A DNA stretch of 64,000 nucleotides from contig JAZNSW010000029.1 of assembly GCA_045591505.1 (NCBI GenBank), forward strand, positions 50,368-114,367, read 5' to 3'. Shown here in pieces: positions 34,512 through 42,832 of this stretch. Under the pieces are notes generated by a model. It did no database searches. It had not been told where the DNA came from and worked only from the letters and a program-made list of their open reading frames with translations. The first letter of the stretch is position 1; each line of letters opens with the position of its first letter. The position numbers and the translations under genes were made by a program. The stretch is from Paludibacteraceae bacterium. Lineage in GTDB: Bacteria > Bacteroidota > Bacteroidia > Bacteroidales > Paludibacteraceae.

Positions 34512-35270
34512 ATGAATCTATTATCCTTTCTACATAGTAAATTATTGTTTACATTACAAGATGTATCCCTAGAAACTGGCAACACACGTAGTGCACAAAC
34601 TTTGCTTATGCGCTATCAAAAGCAAGGGTATGTGTCCAAAGTGCGACGTGGGCTATACTGCGTGAATAACATTGCTACCCATCTGCCTGAAGCAAACAAA
34701 TTTCAAGTAGCATCTGCCATTACGCCAACCTCCTATATCGCTTATCATGCAGCCATGGAGTACCACGGATTGGCACATCAAGTATATTACGATGTGGCAG
34801 TTGGAGGCGAACAAGCATTTAATGCCTTTGAGTTTGATGGGATTCACTTTGCCTTCCGTCAAATCCCTACGCATATAGGTATTGACACGCCTATTGCTGA
34901 TTCGCATGTGCGCGTGACGAATGTAGAGCGCACAGTGATTGATTGCATTGATCGTATTGACCTATGCGGTGGTTGGGAAGAACTGACCAATTGCCTCAAA
35001 AGCGTGCAATATCTTCGCGAGGAAATGCTACTAACCATCTTACAAACCTATAATAAGATTGCATTATATAAGAAGGTGGGCTTCTTGTTTGAACAGCTAC
35101 ATCTGCCAGTTTCCAGCAACTTGATAGATACTTGTAAACAATATGCCAAAGAGAGTGTCACTTATCTCACATCAGATGGCGATAGCGATACCTTCAGTGC
35201 AGCATGGCGACTATATGCACCTAAAAATCTACTAACCATCAATCAACAAAACACAGATGAACTCGTATAA
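34512..35270 (+). CDS. abiEi: type IV toxin-antitoxin AbiEi-family antitoxin/transcriptional regulator
   Basis: An N-terminal wHTH-like region ...YQKQGYVSKVRRGLYCV... and a C-terminal AbiEi-like domain. 14-nt overlap with the downstream nucleotidyltransferase gene. Confidence 0.75.
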   Translation: MNLLSFLHSKLLFTLQDVSLETGNTRSAQTLLMRYQKQGYVSKVRRGLYCVNNIATHLPEANKFQVASAITPTSYIAYHAAMEYHGLAHQVYYDVAVGGEQAFNAFEFDGIHFAFRQIPTHIGIDTPIADSHVRVTNVERTVIDCIDRIDLCGGWEELTNCLKSVQYLREEMLLTILQTYNKIALYKKVGFLFEQLHLPVSSNLIDTCKQYAKESVTYLTSDGDSDTFSAAWRLYAPKNLLTINQQNTDELV

Positions 35271-36201
35271 CAAAAACGACATAGCCCAATTGGCAAGCGA
35301 AACACATTTCTTGCGCGATAACTTGGAAAAGGTGCTGCGCCTGGTGGATGTGCTACAATTCATTATGCAGAATGACAAACTGAATGATTGTTTGGTATTG
35401 AAGGGAGGAACAGCGATAAACTTGACTGTTTTTGAAATGCCCCGTTTGTCTGTGGACATTGATTTAGACTTTCACAAGGATTGCTCACGCGAGGAAATGC
35501 TACAATATCGTGCCGCTATCAATGCCGAGATAGTGGCATATATGACAAGCCAAAGGTATAATCTCAGTCCAAACACCAAGAATCCTCACTCGCTGGATTC
35601 GTGGGTATTCTTCTATCAAAACGCAGGTGGCAATCGGGATAACATCAAAATAGAAATCAACTATTCTATGCGGCAGCATGTCTTCCTTCCGCAGACACGC
35701 GCAGTCAATGTGGTTTTTCTGCAAAACATACCTATCAGGACCCTTCATCCGATAGAACTCTTTGGCAGTAAAATCAAAGCATTGATAGAGCGACACACCT
35801 GTCGTGATTTGTATGATGTCTATAATCTACTACATAGTGAGGTGATTAAGGATTTTGACCTTGCTATACTACGTAAGGTAGTACTGTTTTATTTAGCGGT
35901 AGGTGGTAGTGAACAACCAAGTACACAGTATGACTTGAGCGGCATAAAGCAAATCAAATTTCCACAAATTCGTGCCACCTTACTGCCTATGCTTAAGAAA
36001 GGCGATACATTTGATTTTGAGACTGCTAAAACGGAGGTGGTGGCATTCTTGGAGAAATTGTTGCAATGGACAGATAGTGAGATTGCATTTATCGAATCCT
36101 TTGTTGCAAAACAATACAAGCCCAAATTATTATTCTCTGATGCAGAAATAATCCATAATATTTGCAATCATCCAATGGCACATTGGAAAGTAAGAGAATA
36201 A
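35257..36201 (+). CDS. abiEii: AbiEii/AbiGii-family nucleotidyltransferase toxin (DUF1814)
   Basis: ...LVLKGGTAINL...PRLSVDIDLDF..., the nucleotidyltransferase signature of this family. Confidence 0.8.
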   Translation: MNSYNKNDIAQLASETHFLRDNLEKVLRLVDVLQFIMQNDKLNDCLVLKGGTAINLTVFEMPRLSVDIDLDFHKDCSREEMLQYRAAINAEIVAYMTSQRYNLSPNTKNPHSLDSWVFFYQNAGGNRDNIKIEINYSMRQHVFLPQTRAVNVVFLQNIPIRTLHPIELFGSKIKALIERHTCRDLYDVYNLLHSEVIKDFDLAILRKVVLFYLAVGGSEQPSTQYDLSGIKQIKFPQIRATLLPMLKKGDTFDFETAKTEVVAFLEKLLQWTDSEIAFIESFVAKQYKPKLLFSDAEIIHNICNHPMAHWKVRE

Positions 36202-36252
36202 TATAAACTTTCAGCAAGCCCACACACGCCCCACACCATTCTACACAAAATA

Positions 36253-36284
36253 TTTGCAAATATGCAATATTTTTAGTACCTTTG
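36253..36284 (+). promoter_or_regulatory. prfB promoter (TTTG-N20-TACCTTTG)
   Basis: tttg at 36253-36256 and tacctttg at 36277-36284. Confidence 0.55.
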
Positions 36285-36310
36285 CGCCCAAATTGGCAAA
36301 TTAGAAACTT

Positions 36311-37417
36311 ATGATAACTATAGAACAACTTAAAGAGATTCAACAACGCGCGGAGAAACTCAAACAATACCTCGCGATTGATGAAAAACGTGTGCAACTC
36401 GAAGAAGAAGAACTGCGCACACAAGACCCTGGTTTTTGGGAAGATGCCAAAGCTGCTGAAGTGCAAATGCGCAAAGTAAAAGGCATCAAAGCATGGATTG
36501 AGGGCTATGAAGGTGTACGCTCCGCTACCGAAGAACTGCAACTCGCGTTCGACTATTGCAAAGAAGAACTCGTCACCGAAGAAGAGGTAGATGCCGCATA
36601 CGCTCACGCTCTCCATGAGGTAGAAGCCCTCGAAATGAAGAATATGCTATCTCACGAAGAGGACCAAATGCCAGCGGTACTAAAAATCGTGTCGGGTGCA
36701 GGTGGTACCGAAGCACAAGACTGGGCAGAACAACTCATGCGCCTCTACCAACGCTACTGCGAGAAGCACGATTATAAGGTAACCATTGCCAACCTGCAAG
36801 AAGGCGACGAAGCTGGTATTAAGACAGTTACCTTCAATATCGAAGGCGATATGGCATACGGCTACCTCAAATCCGAGAATGGTGTGCACCGCCTCGTTCG
36901 CGTGAGTCCATACAACGCGCAAGGCAAACGTATGACCTCGTTCGCATCGGTGTTTGTGGTGCCACTCATCGACGATACCATCGATATTCACGTGGATCCT
37001 GCAGGTATCTCGTGGGATACATTCCGTTCATCGGGTGCAGGTGGACAGAACGTCAACAAAGTAGAATCGGGTGTGCGCTTGCACTATAAGTTCATCAACC
37101 CACTCACCAACCAACCCGACGAGATTGTGATTGAGAACACCGAGACACGCGACCAACCAAAGAACCGCGAGAATGCCCTCCGCCACTTGCGCAGTCAACT
37201 CTACGAACTCGAACTCGAGAAACGCCGCCAAGCTGCAGCGAAAGTAGAAGCAGGCAAGAAAAAAATCGAATGGGGCAGCCAAATTCGCAGTTACGTCTTC
37301 GATGACCGCCGCGTAAAAGACCACCGCACCAACTACCAAACAAGCAACGTGAACGCCGTAATGGACGGCGATATTGATGAGTTCATCAAGGCATATTTGA
37401 TGGAGTTTCCAGATTAA
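36311..37417 (+). CDS. prfB: peptide chain release factor 2, uninterrupted ORF
   Basis: SGAGGTEAQDWA, HRLVRVSPY (the SPF-type motif), SGAGGQNVNKVES (GGQ). Confidence 0.92.
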   Translation: MITIEQLKEIQQRAEKLKQYLAIDEKRVQLEEEELRTQDPGFWEDAKAAEVQMRKVKGIKAWIEGYEGVRSATEELQLAFDYCKEELVTEEEVDAAYAHALHEVEALEMKNMLSHEEDQMPAVLKIVSGAGGTEAQDWAEQLMRLYQRYCEKHDYKVTIANLQEGDEAGIKTVTFNIEGDMAYGYLKSENGVHRLVRVSPYNAQGKRMTSFASVFVVPLIDDTIDIHVDPAGISWDTFRSSGAGGQNVNKVESGVRLHYKFINPLTNQPDEIVIENTETRDQPKNRENALRHLRSQLYELELEKRRQAAAKVEAGKKKIEWGSQIRSYVFDDRRVKDHRTNYQTSNVNAVMDGDIDEFIKAYLMEFPD

Positions 37418-37457
37418 TGTTTAATGTTTAAAGTTTAAAGTTTAAAGGAAAGAATAT

Positions 37458-38675
37458 ATGAAAAAAGTATTATTATCAGTACTACTTGGTGCATTTGCAC
37501 TCAATAGTATGGCACAAGCCGACACCGCACAAGTTGCAAGCGATTCCACAGAGGGTTTCCGCTTCACCACAGTAGATAGCATTGCTATCACTCCAGTCAA
37601 AGACCAAAACCGCAGCGGAACATGCTGGAGCTACTCTACCATCGGTTTCCTCGAGAGCGAACTCCTGCGTATGGGCAAAGGCGAATACGATTTGAGCGAG
37701 ATGTTTGTGGTTCACCACACTATGCTCGACCGCGCCGAATATGTAGTACGCATGTACGGCACTGCACAATTTGCTCCTGGTGGCTCGGCATACGATGTAA
37801 TCTACTGCCTCAAGAACTATGGTCTTGTACCACAAGAGGTTATGCCAGGTATCCAATATGGCAGCACTCCTGCTGACACCCTTCCTGTTCATACCGAATT
37901 GGACGCTGTAGCAGGTGGCGTAGTGGATGCAGTAGCCAATAGCGGACTAAAGAAACTGACCCCTGTATGGAAAAAAGCCCTCACCGCAGTATATGACACC
38001 TACCTCGGCAAATGCCCTGAGACCTTCACCTATAATGGAAAAGAATATACTCCACAAGAATTCGCTAAGGAGTTGGGCTTGAATGCGGATGACTATGTAA
38101 GCATTACCAGCTACACCCACCATCCATTCTACACCACTTTCGCACTCGAAGTACCAGACAACTGGCGCATGGACCAGATGTACAACGTGCCTTTGGAGGA
38201 GATGATGGCTATCATTGACAACGCACTGGCCAACGGCTACACCTTGGCTTGGGGTGCAGATGTCAGCGAGATGTGCTTCACCCGCAAGGGTTTGGGCGTA
38301 GTGCCAGAAGAAGAGAAAGCAGCCGACCTCACAGGCAGCGATGCCGCTCGTTGGTTGGGACTCTCAGCTACAGATAAGCGCGATGAGCTTACCAAGAAAC
38401 CTCTTCCTGAGAAAACTATCACCCAAGAGATGCGCCAAGCTGCATACGACAGTTGGGAGAACACCGACGACCACGGTATGCAAATCTTTGGTACAGCCAA
38501 AGACCAAAACGGCAAACGCTACTACATGGTGAAAAACTCATGGGGTACCAAGAAAAGCGAATACAAAGGTATCTGGTATGTATCTGAAGCATACATGCAA
38601 TACAAGACCAACGACGTACTCGTTCATAAGAACGCTATTCCAAAAGATATTCGCAAAAAATTAGGAATCAAGTAA
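37458..38675 (+). CDS. pepC: C1-family cysteine aminopeptidase (PepC/bleomycin-hydrolase-like) with signal peptide
   Basis: QNRSGTCWSYS active-site Cys context and a C-terminal ...KNSWG... Confidence 0.85.
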   Translation: MKKVLLSVLLGAFALNSMAQADTAQVASDSTEGFRFTTVDSIAITPVKDQNRSGTCWSYSTIGFLESELLRMGKGEYDLSEMFVVHHTMLDRAEYVVRMYGTAQFAPGGSAYDVIYCLKNYGLVPQEVMPGIQYGSTPADTLPVHTELDAVAGGVVDAVANSGLKKLTPVWKKALTAVYDTYLGKCPETFTYNGKEYTPQEFAKELGLNADDYVSITSYTHHPFYTTFALEVPDNWRMDQMYNVPLEEMMAIIDNALANGYTLAWGADVSEMCFTRKGLGVVPEEEKAADLTGSDAARWLGLSATDKRDELTKKPLPEKTITQEMRQAAYDSWENTDDHGMQIFGTAKDQNGKRYYMVKNSWGTKKSEYKGIWYVSEAYMQYKTNDVLVHKNAIPKDIRKKLGIK

Positions 38676-38679
38676 TTAT

Positions 38680-39738
38680 ATGTCTAAACTTGGTTTTTGG
38701 ATACAAAATGCTCGCAGCATCTCACTACCGCAGTCAGCCCTTCCCTGTTTGACTGCGATAGTACTTTGCATCGGTCAAGAAGGGTTTGTATGGTGGCTCG
38801 CACTACCCGTGCTATTAGGCATATGTGCTGCACACCTTGGTATGAACCTTGCAGATGACTATTTCGATTTCAAACACGACTCACGTATCCGTGCCGACAT
38901 CAGCAGCAATAGTGTACGTGCTCGTATGGAGAAATGTCACTATTTAGACCGCTCTGCTGAAAGCAAAAACGGAGAAGTAGAAAGCGGAAAAGCCACGCTT
39001 CATCAATTAGGTTGGGCAATAGTTGGTTTTCTTGGATTTGCAGCACTAATGGGCTGTATTGCCTTCGTAGCACAATGGCTGTTACATGGTTGGCAAGCGG
39101 CTATGGGCATTGTGATCTATGCACTACTGGGATTATTTGTAGGAATCAACTACTCAGGCAAACCGCTCGAGCTGGGTTACCACGGATTAGGCGAATTGGT
39201 CATTGGCTTGATGTTCGGTCCGCTGAACATATTGGGCGTACAAGCCGCCCTCACAGGCACACCATTCTCATGGCAAATGCTATGCATGAGCATAGGTATT
39301 GGCTGTATGGTAACAAATATCGTCTATGTACACTCCGTGATGGAAGTGAATGCTGATGCTGAATTAGGCAAGATGACCTTTGCACGCTTGCTGAAGAACA
39401 AGGCTGCTATGATTATCTTCATCGGCTTCTTCGCTATCATGCCATTTATGATGTTGGGGTTAGGTATTGCATTGGGCTGGTGGAGTCCATGGTATCTCCT
39501 GACGCTAGCCACGCTGCCTATGTCCATTTTCCTCATCCACTCCACCCGACTCTTTGCTTACGGTCTTCCACGCAACGACACACCTCGCTGGTGGATGGGT
39601 CCGATGGGCAACTGGAATGACTATAAGAAAGCAGGCATCGACTGGTTCCTCTTCCGCTGGCTACTCGCACGAAATATCTGCACATTCTTCTGCTTGATAC
39701 TGATGATGGTGCATGTTGTATTAAAGGTGATAGGTTAA
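38680..39738 (+). CDS. UbiA-superfamily prenyltransferase
   Basis: Multi-TM protein with the Asp-rich motif NLADDYFDFKHD. Confidence 0.75.
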   Translation: MSKLGFWIQNARSISLPQSALPCLTAIVLCIGQEGFVWWLALPVLLGICAAHLGMNLADDYFDFKHDSRIRADISSNSVRARMEKCHYLDRSAESKNGEVESGKATLHQLGWAIVGFLGFAALMGCIAFVAQWLLHGWQAAMGIVIYALLGLFVGINYSGKPLELGYHGLGELVIGLMFGPLNILGVQAALTGTPFSWQMLCMSIGIGCMVTNIVYVHSVMEVNADAELGKMTFARLLKNKAAMIIFIGFFAIMPFMMLGLGIALGWWSPWYLLTLATLPMSIFLIHSTRLFAYGLPRNDTPRWWMGPMGNWNDYKKAGIDWFLFRWLLARNICTFFCLILMMVHVVLKVIG

Positions 39739-39771
39739 AACGGAAAGGTAAAAAGTGAAAACGGAAAACTT

Positions 39772-40695
39772 ATGAATCTATTCAAGACATTAGGACATTA
39801 TATCTATTTGGCTCAATGGTTTGTGCGTGCGCGCTTCTTCGGCCGCCGTGCGCCATTGCAGACGGTATTGTTTATTACGGACAAGTGCAACTTGCGCTGC
39901 AAGCACTGCTCGGTGTATGGTAGTGCGGGCTATAAGCAACGCACGTTCGAAGATATCGTGGCAGACATGCGTTATTCCTACGAACTAGGTTCGCGATTCA
40001 TTGATTTGGAAGGTGGCGAACCAACGCTTTGGAAAGAAGGCAATCGAACCATCAACGACCTAATTGATGCAGCCTTAGAGATTGGTTTCTTTTCTATCAC
40101 CGTCACTACCAATGCACAGCAAGACTTCTCGTGGATTCGTCCACAATCCATTTGGGTAAGTATGGACGGCGTAGGAGAATACCACGACCGTATTCGTAGC
40201 GAAGGTTCGTTTACTCGGTTGGAAGAAAATATTCGCAATTCGGGATTCAAACACATATGCGTAAACATGGTGGTAAATGCGCTCAACTACGAGTCATTGG
40301 ATGCTGCGATGGAGTATGCGAAAAATAACCCTGCTATTGAGCAAATATCTATCAATTTCCATACTCCCTACCCTGGCACAGAATACTTAATGTTGCCACC
40401 AGAGAAGAAAGCGGAACTAATTGATAAGGTCTTGACTTATAAGAAGAAAGGTTATCCTATCATGAACTCGCATTCAGGCTTGAAACTCATGAAGCGTAAT
40501 GCTTTAGGCGAGATAGAGTTGGGCAAGGAATGTTTTGTAACGAACTTCATATATACCGATGGTAGCCGCAGCTTGTGCTTGGGCTATGGCACAGAGCAAT
40601 GCCGCGTATGCGGATTCTGCATGGCAGGTGAAATGGCCAGTGTCTTCCATTTCAAGCCCGACACGATTCTTTCGGGATTCAAATTGAGGATGTAA
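39772..40695 (+). CDS. radical SAM protein with C-terminal Cys cluster
   Basis: CNLRCKHCSVYG (CX3CX2C) and C-terminal CLGYGTEQCRVCGFC. Confidence 0.8.
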   Translation: MNLFKTLGHYIYLAQWFVRARFFGRRAPLQTVLFITDKCNLRCKHCSVYGSAGYKQRTFEDIVADMRYSYELGSRFIDLEGGEPTLWKEGNRTINDLIDAALEIGFFSITVTTNAQQDFSWIRPQSIWVSMDGVGEYHDRIRSEGSFTRLEENIRNSGFKHICVNMVVNALNYESLDAAMEYAKNNPAIEQISINFHTPYPGTEYLMLPPEKKAELIDKVLTYKKKGYPIMNSHSGLKLMKRNALGEIELGKECFVTNFIYTDGSRSLCLGYGTEQCRVCGFCMAGEMASVFHFKPDTILSGFKLRM

Positions 40696-40756
40696 AATGG
40701 CACGATTTTTGTGCAAAAATAATCAAAGCAATAATATATTCTAAATACATACAATT

Positions 40757-41278
40757 ATGATTTCAAAGAAATTAGAAGAGGCTATTAATGCCCAAATTAA
40801 TGCCGAAATGTGGTCGGCTTATCTCTATTTGAGTATGTCTGCATATTGCCAAGATGCAGGTCTGCCTGGTATGGCAAACTGGTTTGCTATTCAATTCAAA
40901 GAAGAGCAAGACCATGCGATGATACTTTTCAACTATTTGCAAAGTCGTGGCGGTCGCGTACTACTCGCCCCTATTGCTGCTGTAGATACCGAATGGGATT
41001 CTCCTCTGGCTGCGTTTGAGCACACACTCGCTCACGAAGGCAAAGTAACCGCCCTCATCAACAACTTGATGGCACTTGCCGTAGAGGAAAAAGACTTCGC
41101 TCTCCAAAGTCGCCTCAACTGGTTCGTAGATGAGCAAGTGGAAGAAGAAGAAAACGCAACAGACTTAGTACATAAGCTTCGTCTTATTGGCGATAATGGC
41201 TACGGTCTCTACCAACTAGACCAAGAACTCGCAGCACGCGTTTATACACAAGCAAGTCCTTTGGCTACGGCTGAATAA
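40757..41278 (+). CDS. ftnA: non-heme ferritin
   Basis: INAEMWSAYLYLSM...FKEEQDHA... ferroxidase-site residues. 173 aa. Confidence 0.9.
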   Translation: MISKKLEEAINAQINAEMWSAYLYLSMSAYCQDAGLPGMANWFAIQFKEEQDHAMILFNYLQSRGGRVLLAPIAAVDTEWDSPLAAFEHTLAHEGKVTALINNLMALAVEEKDFALQSRLNWFVDEQVEEEENATDLVHKLRLIGDNGYGLYQLDQELAARVYTQASPLATAE

Positions 41279-41352
41279 AAATCCTACCCCCAGCCCCTCC
41301 CTATTAGGGCGGGGAGCAGGTGTAAAGTGTAAAGTTTAAAGACACAGATAAT

Positions 41353-42120
41353 ATGAAAAAGATTTTTATTTCGCTACTGGCATTAGGATGCTTGGTAGCA
41401 TGCACCCCTAAGAAAACAGCATACGAGCAATACATTGAAATGTATAATGCCCTCGACGCACAATTAGAGAATATAGAAGATCGCGCAGTACGCGACTCAC
41501 TCATCGAGGGCTTTGTGGCTGACGGATACACCCTATTGATGGAAAATGTAGAAGATATAACCTCCGACTCTATCGTATTGGCACATTTCTATATGCTTAC
41601 CCCAGAGCAGAAAGCAGAACTCTTTGCAGCCATTCCAGCAGAGCGCTTGGAAATGCCTACATTGCAACCTATACACCAAGAGTATCTGATTGAGTTAAAA
41701 ACCTCAGCAGGTAATCCATATATTGATATTGTATCATTGAAAGCAGATGGCACAGCATTGGCTTTGAGCGAGTTAGTAGGAAAAACAGACTATGTATTGG
41801 TGGACTTCTGGGCTTCATGGTGCGGTCCATGCCGCCGATTGATGCCTGTACTCAAGGAGTTATACGAGTCGTACCACCCATCTGGCAAATTGGAAATCTT
41901 GGGTGTTAGTTGCGACCGCGACGAGGCAGCATGGCTCAAAGCTATCGAAGAAGATGAGTTGCCTTGGTTGCATATCCGTGACCAACGCGCAGAGCCTTAC
42001 ACCCCAAGCGATACCTATGGTATTTCTGCTATTCCAACCACCATCCTCATCAACAAAGAGGGCATGATTGTAGGTCGCAACCTCAACGAAGCAGAGATTG
42101 AAGCTATCCTGTCTAAGTAA
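41353..42120 (+). CDS. TlpA-like thiol-disulfide oxidoreductase lipoprotein
   Basis: Lipobox LALGCLVAC and thioredoxin motif WASWCGPC. Confidence 0.88.
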   Translation: MKKIFISLLALGCLVACTPKKTAYEQYIEMYNALDAQLENIEDRAVRDSLIEGFVADGYTLLMENVEDITSDSIVLAHFYMLTPEQKAELFAAIPAERLEMPTLQPIHQEYLIELKTSAGNPYIDIVSLKADGTALALSELVGKTDYVLVDFWASWCGPCRRLMPVLKELYESYHPSGKLEILGVSCDRDEAAWLKAIEEDELPWLHIRDQRAEPYTPSDTYGISAIPTTILINKEGMIVGRNLNEAEIEAILSK

Positions 42121-42144
42121 AAAAGAAAAGGTGAAAGATCATAC

Positions 42145-42182
42145 TAAAAAAGAAATCATCCCATCGGATGATTTCTTTTTTA
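42145..42182. terminator. bidirectional intrinsic terminator between convergent genes
   Basis: aaaaaagaaatcatcc-catc-ggatgatttctttttt. Confidence 0.7.
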
Positions 42183-42215
42183 ATAGTTACACTTCGTTGC
42201 GTATATCTGCTGCTA

Positions 42216-42647
42216 TTAATCGTCCACTCGAACAAAGTCGTATGAATGATTGAAAATCAAATCTACTCCGTTACTCAACTCAGCGTCCAAATGGCGGTAA
42301 TCAACAGAATAAGAAACAATAAATGATTCTGGAAAATACTGTTTAACATACGCTTGAATGGGCTCTGGAATAATCGTTTCAGGCACAGGAGAAATCTTGC
42401 AGTCAACTGATTCAAAACTACCTTGTGCTCCAAATTCAATTTCTACACCGCTTTTAAGATACACTTTATATTCCTCACGTAAGCCCTCTCTTTCATACAT
42501 GATATGAGATACTGGCAAAGTAGGAAAATGAGTAGTCACAAAAGTTTGCGCCGCATGGGGTAATTGCTCAAAAGTAATAGGCTTATCATTCGCACATGAA
42601 GTAAGCGAAACAAATAAAATGGACAAGAGGATAAAAATCTTTTTCAT
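42216..42647 (-). CDS. PepSY-like (putative beta-lactamase-inhibitor-like) lipoprotein
   Basis: Lipobox SLTSC. Two-repeat pattern with ...LPHAAQTFVTTHFP... and ...IQAYVKQYFP... Confidence 0.65.
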   Translation of the reverse strand: MKKIFILLSILFVSLTSCANDKPITFEQLPHAAQTFVTTHFPTLPVSHIMYEREGLREEYKVYLKSGVEIEFGAQGSFESVDCKISPVPETIIPEPIQAYVKQYFPESFIVSYSVDYRHLDAELSNGVDLIFNHSYDFVRVDD

Positions 42648-42736
42648 AGAATTAATCTTTTAATTTGGTTAATACTACAAGCATAAAGACAAAAATTATG
42701 CCAAAATTATAAAATCAACACAAAAGGACAGAAAAA

Positions 42737-42768
42737 TTTGCATAGTTACAAAAAAAAATGTAACTTTG
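42737..42768 (+). promoter_or_regulatory. dxs promoter (TTTG-N20-TAACTTTG)
   Basis: tttg at 42737-42740 and taactttg at 42761-42768. Confidence 0.55.
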
Positions 42769-42832
42769 CAGCCCTTTAGGCTGCGTTGGTAAAAAATCAG
42801 TCTAAAAATATAACTATAGCAAAAGAAAAATA

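Noticed and set aside
36311-36400. Programmed +1 frameshift site expected in many prfB genes
   Set aside because: The reading frame is continuous (…KQYLAIDEK…, tac ctc gcg att gat), with no in-frame UGA or CUU UGA context. This RF2 gene is simply unframeshifted.
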